Shown here one piece after another: positions 55,889 through 63,708 of a stretch of 64,000 bases of DNA. Both the position numbers and the translations under genes were made by a program. Numbering within the stretch: the first letter of the stretch is position 1; each line of letters starts with the position of its first letter. The notes under the pieces are model-generated. The model had not been told where the DNA came from. It searched no databases and worked only from the letters and a program-made list of their open reading frames with translations. The stretch comes from a virus (lineage: Duplodnaviria > Caudoviricetes), in IMG/VR virus record IMGVR_UViG_3300033486_000001, positions 11,317 through 75,316 of that record. One strand, written 5' to 3'.

Positions 55889-58033
55889 ATGCAAGCTTTG
55901 GCCAAAAATGCCGCACCAGCACCCGTCACGGAAGATGACACCATCATCGATGGCGTTCTTGCGTCAGAAGCGATCGACAAGTCCGGTGAAGTGCTTGATG
56001 TGGATGGCTGCGACATCACTGAATTCGATGAAGGTCGCGGACTCATCAATTACGAGCACAAGGACACCGGCCCGCAAGACATCATCGGAAAGATCCTTTA
56101 CGCCAAGAAAATCTTTTCCGCCAAAGATTGCATTAACGATCGTCAACGCAAGTACTGGGATGACCTCAAGCTTCCACTGATTTACGGCATCGTACGTCTA
56201 GCTGATGGAAGTGGACACTCTGGCGCCATCGCCGCCGCCGCCCGCATCCGCGACGACGTCAAACACAAAGAGCAGTCCAGGTGGGGCTTCTCGATTGAAG
56301 GTACGACCATCAAGCGCGATACCAAGACAGGCCGACTTCTGGTTTCCATCGCCAAACGATGTGCGCTCACCTTCAAACCGTGCAACGAAAGCGCCGCAAC
56401 AGGACTCATCTTTGACCCAGGCGCCAAGTCCGACTTGTTCCGCACTGCACCGTCAGAAGCTGCCTTTGTTGGCGGAGAAGAACTCGCCAAGACCTTCGCG
56501 GCTGGATCTATGGACGTCGCTCCATCGCAACTCACGGGTAATGCAGCGCTAGCGGTAGAAGACTTGGGTACCAGAGGCAAGCTGAGGTGGGCGCTGAGTA
56601 AGTGGGATCGCAAAACCCCACTTAAGTCGTTTCTCAAAATGCAAATGCCTGAGGCGGATCCGGCCTACCTAGACAATTTTGCCGACATGGCGGAGCGGTA
56701 CACAATCCGCAAGGCGCAAGAGTTGGCCGTCAAGAAGCACCTAGTCAAGTCTGTGGCTACAAAGGTGCTCGCGAAGGCGATCGACCAACACCGGGCAGAC
56801 GCTAAGGCGGCGATCATTGCCAAGATGGATTTGATGGGGGTTGAACTCCTAGAAGCCCTACAAAAAGCCGATCCACCCAAACCCGCGCCGTCAAGGGTGG
56901 GGCCGGTCGTTCGCAAGGCATCACCTCCAGAACCTGAAACTGTTACATTCAACGGTCGCACCGTCAAGCCGGGATTTGCTATCGCCGGTGAAGGCGACAA
57001 AAAGCAGCATCTACGCGTTCTCGAGCACACCCCGGAACACCTGATCGCCATCCCTAAAGAGAAAATCGGCGGCTGGCAAGCGTCGGATCTGCTCAAGCTT
57101 CCGCGCAACAAGGTCCCGGGCAATATCTGGATGACCCGCCCGCCGGAATACGTCAATACCCCAGCTGTAATCGATTCGAAAACCCACGGGTTGGTCGATT
57201 ACACCCACCACCCAGAAGTCCACGCGTTAATCCACGGTCTGGATATGGGTCAAGCAATCAAAACTGGTACGGTAGGCATGAAGGCGAAAGCCGGGCAAGC
57301 CGGCTGGGCGAAGAATGCTCAAGGTAAGCAAGTGTACGTCAAGCGAGACGACAACGAACGTCCCTTCGGAGAATCCAAGCGTGAGGCGCTGTACCACAAC
57401 CTCGCCAAAGACTTTTATGGGATGGGGAGGTACGTTACACCGACCGCTGCAGTGGTACACCCGACTACTGGACAACACTACACGGTGGTGGAACACACAC
57501 CGGGCGAGCACTTCAAGCACGGCGAGGGGCATCCGGAGATGTTGCAGAACTTGGCAGATAGCGGAGAACTCCACAAACTCGCCATCATGAACTCCATAGC
57601 ACATAATAACGATCGCCATCAGTTCAACTATATGCTTGATGACAAGGGCGGGATTAAGCTGATCGATCACGGATTGACTTTTAGTGCCGGAGGAGACAGC
57701 AAAGCTCCGACTACACCGCACTATCTGATAGATGGCGCAGGAAAACTCCCTAACCATCCAGAGGCGCAGAAGTGGGCTAACAAACTACTACACCCAGAAG
57801 CCCAAAAATGGCTGCCTAGGATGAACGTCCTCGTTCACCCTGAAGCCCAAAAGTGGTTAAGCAAACTCAAGCCGGCTGAGCTGGAACGCCAGATGAGTCA
57901 ACACGGTGTCCCACCAGAGTTCGTCCAAGAAGCGTCCAGACGTTTACAGGCGATTCAAAAACACGCTCAAGTCAATCCGAAAGCTAAGTTGTATCAGGCC
58001 TTGAACGCCCCCTTCGAAGGTGGTACAAAGTAA
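55889..58033 (+). CDS. prohead protease fused to a HipA/PI3K-like kinase domain
   Basis: N-terminus IDKSGEVLDVDG, INYEH (H57), GFSIEG (S135); C-terminus VYVKR (K485), REAL, NDRHQFN (D575), LIDHG (D593). Confidence 0.85.
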   Translation: MQALAKNAAPAPVTEDDTIIDGVLASEAIDKSGEVLDVDGCDITEFDEGRGLINYEHKDTGPQDIIGKILYAKKIFSAKDCINDRQRKYWDDLKLPLIYGIVRLADGSGHSGAIAAAARIRDDVKHKEQSRWGFSIEGTTIKRDTKTGRLLVSIAKRCALTFKPCNESAATGLIFDPGAKSDLFRTAPSEAAFVGGEELAKTFAAGSMDVAPSQLTGNAALAVEDLGTRGKLRWALSKWDRKTPLKSFLKMQMPEADPAYLDNFADMAERYTIRKAQELAVKKHLVKSVATKVLAKAIDQHRADAKAAIIAKMDLMGVELLEALQKADPPKPAPSRVGPVVRKASPPEPETVTFNGRTVKPGFAIAGEGDKKQHLRVLEHTPEHLIAIPKEKIGGWQASDLLKLPRNKVPGNIWMTRPPEYVNTPAVIDSKTHGLVDYTHHPEVHALIHGLDMGQAIKTGTVGMKAKAGQAGWAKNAQGKQVYVKRDDNERPFGESKREALYHNLAKDFYGMGRYVTPTAAVVHPTTGQHYTVVEHTPGEHFKHGEGHPEMLQNLADSGELHKLAIMNSIAHNNDRHQFNYMLDDKGGIKLIDHGLTFSAGGDSKAPTTPHYLIDGAGKLPNHPEAQKWANKLLHPEAQKWLPRMNVLVHPEAQKWLSKLKPAELERQMSQHGVPPEFVQEASRRLQAIQKHAQVNPKAKLYQALNAPFEGGTK

Positions 58034-58035
58034 CC

Positions 58036-59223
58036 ATGGACGCTTCCAACATCATAATGGTGTATCAGACCCACCCGCACGAATCGGGTGAAATCCATCA
58101 CGTTCTTGTGGCTAAACTCCTGCAAGTTCCTGGCCAGACCACGGTTTTGGAGGATCACACCCCGGATCACACATTCGATGAGGCTGCTGTAGATCCAGTC
58201 GCGCTAACCTCGAAGCTTAATGCAGCTCGCCGTTCGATGTACTTCAAGGTGTGCACACTTCAAGAACTCAACGAGGGTGAATACCCGGAACTTTTGTCGG
58301 AGGCGTTGCTGCCGCCAGCACACGGTCCCGAGTCTCGGTTCGATTATTTCCGCATTGGAATGCCGCAGCCGCAGATGTTGGAGTTCTATGAAGGTGAAGG
58401 TCATTTGGACGGACACCCATTGTCGGATGAAGAACTACAGCTCATCCACTCGAACATTGAGCAGGGTTTGGCGTCGCTCTCGTACCACAAGGACGAGCCT
58501 GAGTTGATTTCGAAGTCGGAGGACCTGGCGAAGGTCGAGCCTGGTCTGGAGGCAGCACTAGGTGGCCTCAGGGCTGCAGTGGCAGCTGGCCATGTGCACC
58601 CGGATGTTCTCAAGACACTGTCCGGGCATATTTTCAAGGATACCATGGTGCCTACATTAGGCAACAAGGTAGCATACGCAGACTTCCTTACCCGCCCGAA
58701 AGAGGGGGTTCATATTCGACTCGATGGGTCAAAATTCGGCGGCATCAATAAGCGCGCCGGATTTGAAACCGGCAACGAAGCGATTAAGTCTATGTTCGGT
58801 GCCGTTCGCTCAGCCCTCGACGAGAGTGTGGGACGGAAGCACGCCAAAGCCTTCAGGATCGGTGGGGATGAAGCGAGTCTTTTTGTACCCACCATTGAGC
58901 ACGCGGCTATGTTTCATCGCGCCCTTAAGCGCCATCTCGACGCTCTACCGTTAGTGGCCGGACAGAAGTTGGCGTTTGACATGGGTGTAGGTAAGACGCC
59001 AGAGGCTGCAGAGCAAGGTCTAATCAAGGCCAAGACGCATGGGAAGTCGATGAACTATCCACTACACGAGTTGCGCACACATGCCTACATCAATATCCCA
59101 GGACACGAAGGGCATTTACCTACAGAGATAGAGCAGCCTCCGAAGACTCCAGCGCCGACACCGACTCCGGCACAGCCAACGGAGAAGCCCGCCGAGCCAG
59201 CCACTTCAAAACCTGTTGGGTAG
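58036..59223 (+). CDS. GGDEF-like nucleotide cyclase domain protein in the head module
   Basis: DTMVPTLGNK, RLDGSKFGGIN (D230, N238), GFETGN (N247), FRIGGDEA (G276-A280), FDMGVG. Confidence 0.75.
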   Translation: MDASNIIMVYQTHPHESGEIHHVLVAKLLQVPGQTTVLEDHTPDHTFDEAAVDPVALTSKLNAARRSMYFKVCTLQELNEGEYPELLSEALLPPAHGPESRFDYFRIGMPQPQMLEFYEGEGHLDGHPLSDEELQLIHSNIEQGLASLSYHKDEPELISKSEDLAKVEPGLEAALGGLRAAVAAGHVHPDVLKTLSGHIFKDTMVPTLGNKVAYADFLTRPKEGVHIRLDGSKFGGINKRAGFETGNEAIKSMFGAVRSALDESVGRKHAKAFRIGGDEASLFVPTIEHAAMFHRALKRHLDALPLVAGQKLAFDMGVGKTPEAAEQGLIKAKTHGKSMNYPLHELRTHAYINIPGHEGHLPTEIEQPPKTPAPTPTPAQPTEKPAEPATSKPVG

Positions 59224-59238
59224 TTCCATGGGCCCCGT

Positions 59239-59274
59239 CGTTAATTAAAAAATCCGACACTTTTTTAACTAACG
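59239..59274. terminator. AT-rich hairpin between convergent transcription units
   Basis: CGTTAATTAAAAAA-tccgacac-TTTTTTAACTAACG, 14-bp stem with one mismatch. Confidence 0.5.
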
Positions 59275-59299
59275 CCAGCTCTTAGTAAAGTGGCCTTTA

Positions 59300-59572
59300 T
59301 TAAGACCGCCGGGCTTTTTCGCAAGTCTTACATCGCGACTGGTGCTTGTTGAAATGTAATAACTCGACTTCCACTGAGTGGCACGTGGAGCACTCCTTGA
59401 GCCCCATGGCGCGCATGCACTGCCTGCAAATGCCGTTACACCCGCAATGCGCCGGTAGATGGCATTCCTTGCACATGGTGATGTGAAAACCTTTGGATAC
59501 CGCCAGTTGATTCCGCTTGCAACGTAAGCAGGTTCGGCCGGGGTATGTGTCGTGACATGTGCGGCATCTCAT
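59300..59572 (-). CDS. Cys-rich putative zinc-finger protein
   Basis: Multiple CxxC pairs; ATGA overlap with the tnpB stop. Confidence 0.55.
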   Translation of the reverse strand: MRCRTCHDTYPGRTCLRCKRNQLAVSKGFHITMCKECHLPAHCGCNGICRQCMRAMGLKECSTCHSVEVELLHFNKHQSRCKTCEKARRS

Positions 59573-60675
59573 TGAGCCGCCTCGAGGAATTCTTTAGACT
59601 TATAACAGGTAGCCTCAACACTTCCGATCAATACCGACCCGGCTCCTTCTGCAAGGGCTTGGTGTTGCAAGCCGCGTTGCAAGATGTTGATTGCTGAGTT
59701 CACATCCCTGTCAAGGAATGCCCCACAATCGCACATCCATTCACGCTTATTCAAACCCGCCAATCCTCTCGGACCGGACTTTAGTCCACAAATGTGGCAA
59801 GTTTGGGTTGTAAAACTTTCGTCGACTTCCTTGTATATCGCGCCATTCCCAATGGACTTGTAGCGCAACATCTTACGGAAGTTAGACCAACCTACGTCAA
59901 GAACCGACTTGGCCATGGTGGTCTGAGACAATTTGCTAGATGAAACGTCTCCTACGAAAATATGGTTGTACTTCTTTGTGACGTCATTGGACAACTTGTG
60001 ATGAAAGTCTTTGCGGACATCCTTAATCTTTTGGTGAATTTTGCGGACTTGCTTGCGCTTGTTGGCGCGTTGCGCGATCGCGAGTTTACGGGCGTATTTA
60101 GACAATATGCGCGGATTGGCGATTTTAGTGCCATCAGAAAACGTAGCGAAGTTTTTGAGGCCGAGGTCGATGCCTACCGATGCGTCGCCGCTGCGCAATG
60201 AGGTTTCTGGGAGTTCAATGACAACATTCAGAAACCATCGTCCTTGCGAATCTTGGCTGAAACTGGAGCCGTACAGAATCCTTGCTTCTGTCGGAAGCGG
60301 ACGATCTGAGAATACTCGGAAGACGTGTCCCATAAAAACAAAGCTGCCGTCCCGATATTTTAAGGCAGCCGCCTTCATTGGAATCCACCCTAGACTTTTC
60401 TTCCCGCGCCACTTCAGCCAACGCTTATTACACTTAGCGCGACTTTGAACGTATTGTCTAGCTATTGCTTGAATCGAGTCGGAGTGTAGTCCGAGTTCCT
60501 TGGAACTCCCCGCCGTGAGGTGGTTCAAATCGAACTCGCCGAGCCATTTGCGACGAGCCTTAACTGCTTGCTGCTGCACATTGTTACAGTAGTTCCACAC
60601 AAAGTTGACCTTACGGGCGAGTCCGTTAAGAAACCCTTCGTAAGACTTGACTCTGTAGTGGTAGGTGAGTTGCAT
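59569..60675 (-). CDS. tnpB: TnpB RNA-guided endonuclease (IS200/IS605/IS607 family), no transposase adjacent
   Basis: VNFVWN, GRWFLNV, RuvC-I GIDLG, RuvC-II region FVGDV, VDESFTTQTCHIC, RuvC-III DRDVNSAINIL; ATG start at 60675. Confidence 0.92.
   Translation of the reverse strand: MQLTYHYRVKSYEGFLNGLARKVNFVWNYCNNVQQQAVKARRKWLGEFDLNHLTAGSSKELGLHSDSIQAIARQYVQSRAKCNKRWLKWRGKKSLGWIPMKAAALKYRDGSFVFMGHVFRVFSDRPLPTEARILYGSSFSQDSQGRWFLNVVIELPETSLRSGDASVGIDLGLKNFATFSDGTKIANPRILSKYARKLAIAQRANKRKQVRKIHQKIKDVRKDFHHKLSNDVTKKYNHIFVGDVSSSKLSQTTMAKSVLDVGWSNFRKMLRYKSIGNGAIYKEVDESFTTQTCHICGLKSGPRGLAGLNKREWMCDCGAFLDRDVNSAINILQRGLQHQALAEGAGSVLIGSVEATCYKSKEFLEAAQ
59573..59800 (-). ncRNA. predicted TnpB omega/reRNA (scaffold overlapping the tnpB 3' end, plus guide); boundaries approximate
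   Basis: TnpB omegaRNAs are known to overlap the 3' end of tnpB; segment 59614-59597 matches 60804-60821 at 16/18 nt. Confidence 0.45.
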
Positions 60676-60683
60676 TGACGATA

Positions 60684-60712
60684 CGTATACCACTCCGGTC
60701 CGCCACCGTCAA
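60684..60712 (-). promoter_or_regulatory. sigma70-like promoter of tnpB
   Basis: TTGACG-17 nt-(GTGG)TATACG, 8 nt before the ATG. Confidence 0.6.
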
Positions 60713-60801
60713 CCCACAAAACGCAAAAAGTGGGACTTTTCCATCCAACTCAACCATTAATACGTACCAAAGTTCAGACCTACGGGTCAAGGAGTACCAT
60801 A

Positions 60802-61248
60802 ATGGCTACCTGCTACAAGTCGGAAGTCCTCGCCGCGCAACTCAAGGACAATCTCTCGAAGTTCTTCGCCACCGTTTCTGAAGTTCTGTACCACACCGAT
60901 GGCACCCCCTATGTCACCGTCGGCGCAATGACCACGGGCACGCAGTCGGCTCTCGTTCGCATTTTCGCAGTTCAGCCCCTGGGTGTTGATGGCCTTGGCC
61001 AGACCCCTCGAAGCTTCGGCCCGAACTCGGTCCAAATTGCACTCGAGACGAGCGCAACCGCAAACCTCGCATTCCTCACTGCGGCCAACTCGGCGCTTCT
61101 TCTCCTTGAGGCCGGCAAGACTGGCGCCAAGGTTGAGTTGTACATGCGCGCAACTGGCACGCCTCCTGCCATCACAGACATCGTTGCAGGCAACCTGAAG
61201 GCGGAGTGGTACACCTCGACGAAGTGGAAGATGGCGTCCGCGAGCTAA
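60802..61248 (+). CDS. putative virion head protein, first gene of the scaffold-capsid unit
   Basis: AAGGAG RBS before ATG at 60802 (MATCYKSEVL); composition and position. Confidence 0.7.
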   Translation: MATCYKSEVLAAQLKDNLSKFFATVSEVLYHTDGTPYVTVGAMTTGTQSALVRIFAVQPLGVDGLGQTPRSFGPNSVQIALETSATANLAFLTAANSALLLLEAGKTGAKVELYMRATGTPPAITDIVAGNLKAEWYTSTKWKMASAS

Positions 61249-61273
61249 CCCCACGGAAGCTCTAGGAGAAACC

Positions 61274-62206
61274 ATGAAGATTAAAGAATCAGAACTCAAA
61301 GCAATTCTTGATGAGGTCGCAGCCGACCTCAGCAAGTGCTTCGAGGAAGAGAAAGAAAAGCTGACCAAGTCTTTTCCGGAAGGTAGCGCGTCCGAGGGCT
61401 CGTCTAGTTCAGACGAGAGCTCGAAGCCTGCAATCCCGGAAGGTAGCTCGTCTGAAGGCTCGTCTAGCTCGGATGAGGACTCGAAGGCTGACGGTTCTGT
61501 TCCTCCCCCGCCCCCAGCAGCTTCGCCTAGCCCAGCGGCTTCGCCGAGCGCGACAGCACCAGTTGCACCTCCTGCAGCACCGCCCGTAGCCGACCCGGCA
61601 GCTCCTGCCGCCGACGCCACGGCAGTTACGCCGGAAGTGTTGCACTCTGAGTATCTCAAGATGATGCAAGAGGATCCCGCACAGTTCGCGATGCACGTGC
61701 AGGCACTTGACGCAGTGAAGGCCGCAACAGCAGGCACTTCGCCTAGTCCCTCCCCCGCTCCCACAGCCCCAGTTGCTCCTCCTACGGATACACTGAAGGC
61801 AGAACTTCCCGCCAGCCCAGAACGAGCCGGTGGCGTCAAAGTGGAAGCCGTCCACAAGTCGGAGGATGTAAGCCGGTTTGAGTCGCTCATGAAGTCCTAT
61901 GAGTCGAAGGTAGCAGAACTCGAAGCCAAGCTCAAGAGCCAGGCTGATGAGCAAGTTGCCGTACAGCAAGTGTTGACCCGTATCGTCGAGCGCCCCATGC
62001 GCAAGTCGATCGAGTCAATTGCACAAGTCAGCTCGCCCGTCAAGGCAGTCGACGTGAGCAAGATGTCTAAAGAGTCCATCTCGACACGCCTCAGCGCCGC
62101 AGCACGAACCAACCTCAAGAAGTCCGATCGCAGTCTCATCAACGCTTACTACGGCGGGGAAGCCAAGCTCGAGCAGCTGGCCCACCTTCTCGAAGAAGTC
62201 AAGTAG
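61274..62206 (+). CDS. capsid scaffolding protein
   Basis: Low-complexity Ser/Pro/Ala, coiled coil, many xxK|S motifs; directly upstream of MCP. Confidence 0.65.
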   Translation: MKIKESELKAILDEVAADLSKCFEEEKEKLTKSFPEGSASEGSSSSDESSKPAIPEGSSSEGSSSSDEDSKADGSVPPPPPAASPSPAASPSATAPVAPPAAPPVADPAAPAADATAVTPEVLHSEYLKMMQEDPAQFAMHVQALDAVKAATAGTSPSPSPAPTAPVAPPTDTLKAELPASPERAGGVKVEAVHKSEDVSRFESLMKSYESKVAELEAKLKSQADEQVAVQQVLTRIVERPMRKSIESIAQVSSPVKAVDVSKMSKESISTRLSAAARTNLKKSDRSLINAYYGGEAKLEQLAHLLEEVK

Positions 62207-62230
62207 TACCAAGTTTTAAGGAGAATTACC

Positions 62231-63622
62231 ATGTCAGAAGTTACCCAAGCACTACTCAAGTCGTTGGAAGCCGGCAATTACGACGCGGCTCCCTCTACCC
62301 TTACGCAGGGCGCAGCACTCCAGCGTGAGGATCTCACCCCCATGATGGTCAATTTGTGCTTCGAAGACCAACACGTCAAGTTGCAGAACAAGCTGACCGT
62401 CAAGAAGGTGAAGAGCCTGATGTCGCAGTTCAACCGCACTCTGAGCTACGGCCAGATGGGCGACAGCGCGCAGCTCGAAGGCGCCGTTGGCCAAGACGAC
62501 AACGCAGACTACGTGAGAATTACAGTCCCGATGGCGTTCTACGCTCAGGTCCGACGCGTGTCTTACGCTTCGACCTTGATTGAGACGGCAGACGGCGTTG
62601 ATGCTCAGACGCGCGCTTCCGAAGCAGCAGCAATGGTCATCAAGGGCGACGTTGAGTTCGATTGCTTCCGCGGTATGGAAGGCTTCTCGAACGCAGGCGT
62701 TTTCGATGGCAATGAAATGGCTCAGCCTATGGTCCCCGGCATGAAGGGCCTGGATCAGCAGATTCGTTCGAGCGATTCCGAGCGTAATGCACACGATCTG
62801 ATGTTCGGCGAGTACGGCGCTGATGACTCGGTTGTCATCAACGGCGGCAGCTACCTCAGCCAGACCAACGTTGAGGACGCAACCCTCCGCAGCAGCATGA
62901 ACTGGGGCAATGCGACCAAGTTCCTGCTCGATCCCAAGACCCTCTCGGCGTACAACCTGATCACCCTCGGCAAGGAGCGCATCAACCTCGGCTCCACGGC
63001 GCAGGATGTCACTGGTTCAGAGCTTCGACGGCAGTTCACGTCGAGCGGCACTGCAACGTTCGAGCCCAGCCGCTTCCTCTCCGGCAAGACCAAGCCCAAG
63101 AATCCGAAGCAGGGTGGTCCCTCGGCTCCTGCCGCTGTGACTGCTACCCCTGCGGGCAGCACCACCAGCTTCCCCGCTGGCGATTACTGGTACTTCGTGA
63201 CCAGCGTCAACGAGATGGGCGAGTCTCCTCGCACTGCCATCGCAGCAGCAGCAACTGTTGCGGCGGCCGGCCAGGTCACCCTCTCCATCACCTCGCCTGG
63301 TACGGGCACGGTTCGTTACTTCAACGTGTACCGTAGCGTTGCCGGTGGAAGTCTCGCTTCGTGTAAGTTCATCGGCCGCGTGGCTGTGAGCAACACGGGC
63401 ACCACAAGCTACCTCGATCTAAACAATAGGAATCCGGCGTATACGACTGGATTCCTCGTGGACTTCGACTCGATGGACCTTGCCGAATTGGCCTCGTATT
63501 CGAAAGTTAAGCTGGCTATTCAGGACCTGAGCTTCCCTGAGGCTCACCTCCGATTCCTCGCTCTCCGAGTCTTCAAGCCCCGCGTCAACGTGCTCGTCGA
63601 CAACCTGATGGGTCGTAACTAA
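62231..63622 (+). CDS. major capsid protein (SPO1/Herelleviridae-like)
   Basis: LLKSLEAG..GAALQREDL, LEG..DYVR.TV.MAFY..RRVS, FN3-like insertion PSAPAAVTAT..YWYFVTSVN..FNVYRS. Confidence 0.85.
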   Translation: MSEVTQALLKSLEAGNYDAAPSTLTQGAALQREDLTPMMVNLCFEDQHVKLQNKLTVKKVKSLMSQFNRTLSYGQMGDSAQLEGAVGQDDNADYVRITVPMAFYAQVRRVSYASTLIETADGVDAQTRASEAAAMVIKGDVEFDCFRGMEGFSNAGVFDGNEMAQPMVPGMKGLDQQIRSSDSERNAHDLMFGEYGADDSVVINGGSYLSQTNVEDATLRSSMNWGNATKFLLDPKTLSAYNLITLGKERINLGSTAQDVTGSELRRQFTSSGTATFEPSRFLSGKTKPKNPKQGGPSAPAAVTATPAGSTTSFPAGDYWYFVTSVNEMGESPRTAIAAAATVAAAGQVTLSITSPGTGTVRYFNVYRSVAGGSLASCKFIGRVAVSNTGTTSYLDLNNRNPAYTTGFLVDFDSMDLAELASYSKVKLAIQDLSFPEAHLRFLALRVFKPRVNVLVDNLMGRN

Positions 63623-63645
63623 GTAGAATCGTTGAAGTAATTCAT

Positions 63646-63681
63646 GGACCCCCGAGAGAAATCTCGGGGGTCTTGTCGTTT
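63646..63681 (+). terminator. rho-independent terminator after MCP
   Basis: GACCCCCGAGA-GAAA-TCTCGGGGGTC followed by TTGTCGTTT. Confidence 0.8.
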
Positions 63682-63691
63682 CTGTAGGGGT

Positions 63692-63701
63692 GTGGTATAG
63701 T
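63692..63701 (+). promoter_or_regulatory. extended -10 motif GTGGTATAGT
   Basis: 7 nt before ATG 63709; TTGTCG at 17-nt spacing. Confidence 0.55.
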
Positions 63702-63708
63702 GCCAAGT

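Noticed and set aside
59569-59600. TnpB C-terminus KEFLEAAQ as a member of the LEEFLE.TK tag family
   Set aside because: It lacks the NTP..K.WL part of the tag and is better explained by codon-level similarity to the start of gene 60802.
236-63706. Many long antisense or overlapping ORFs in the track (e.g. 2398-3084 +, 23308-23838 +, 47035-47685 -, 60787-61890 -)
   Set aside because: They are shadows of well-supported genes on the opposite strand and have no recognisable motifs or RBS.
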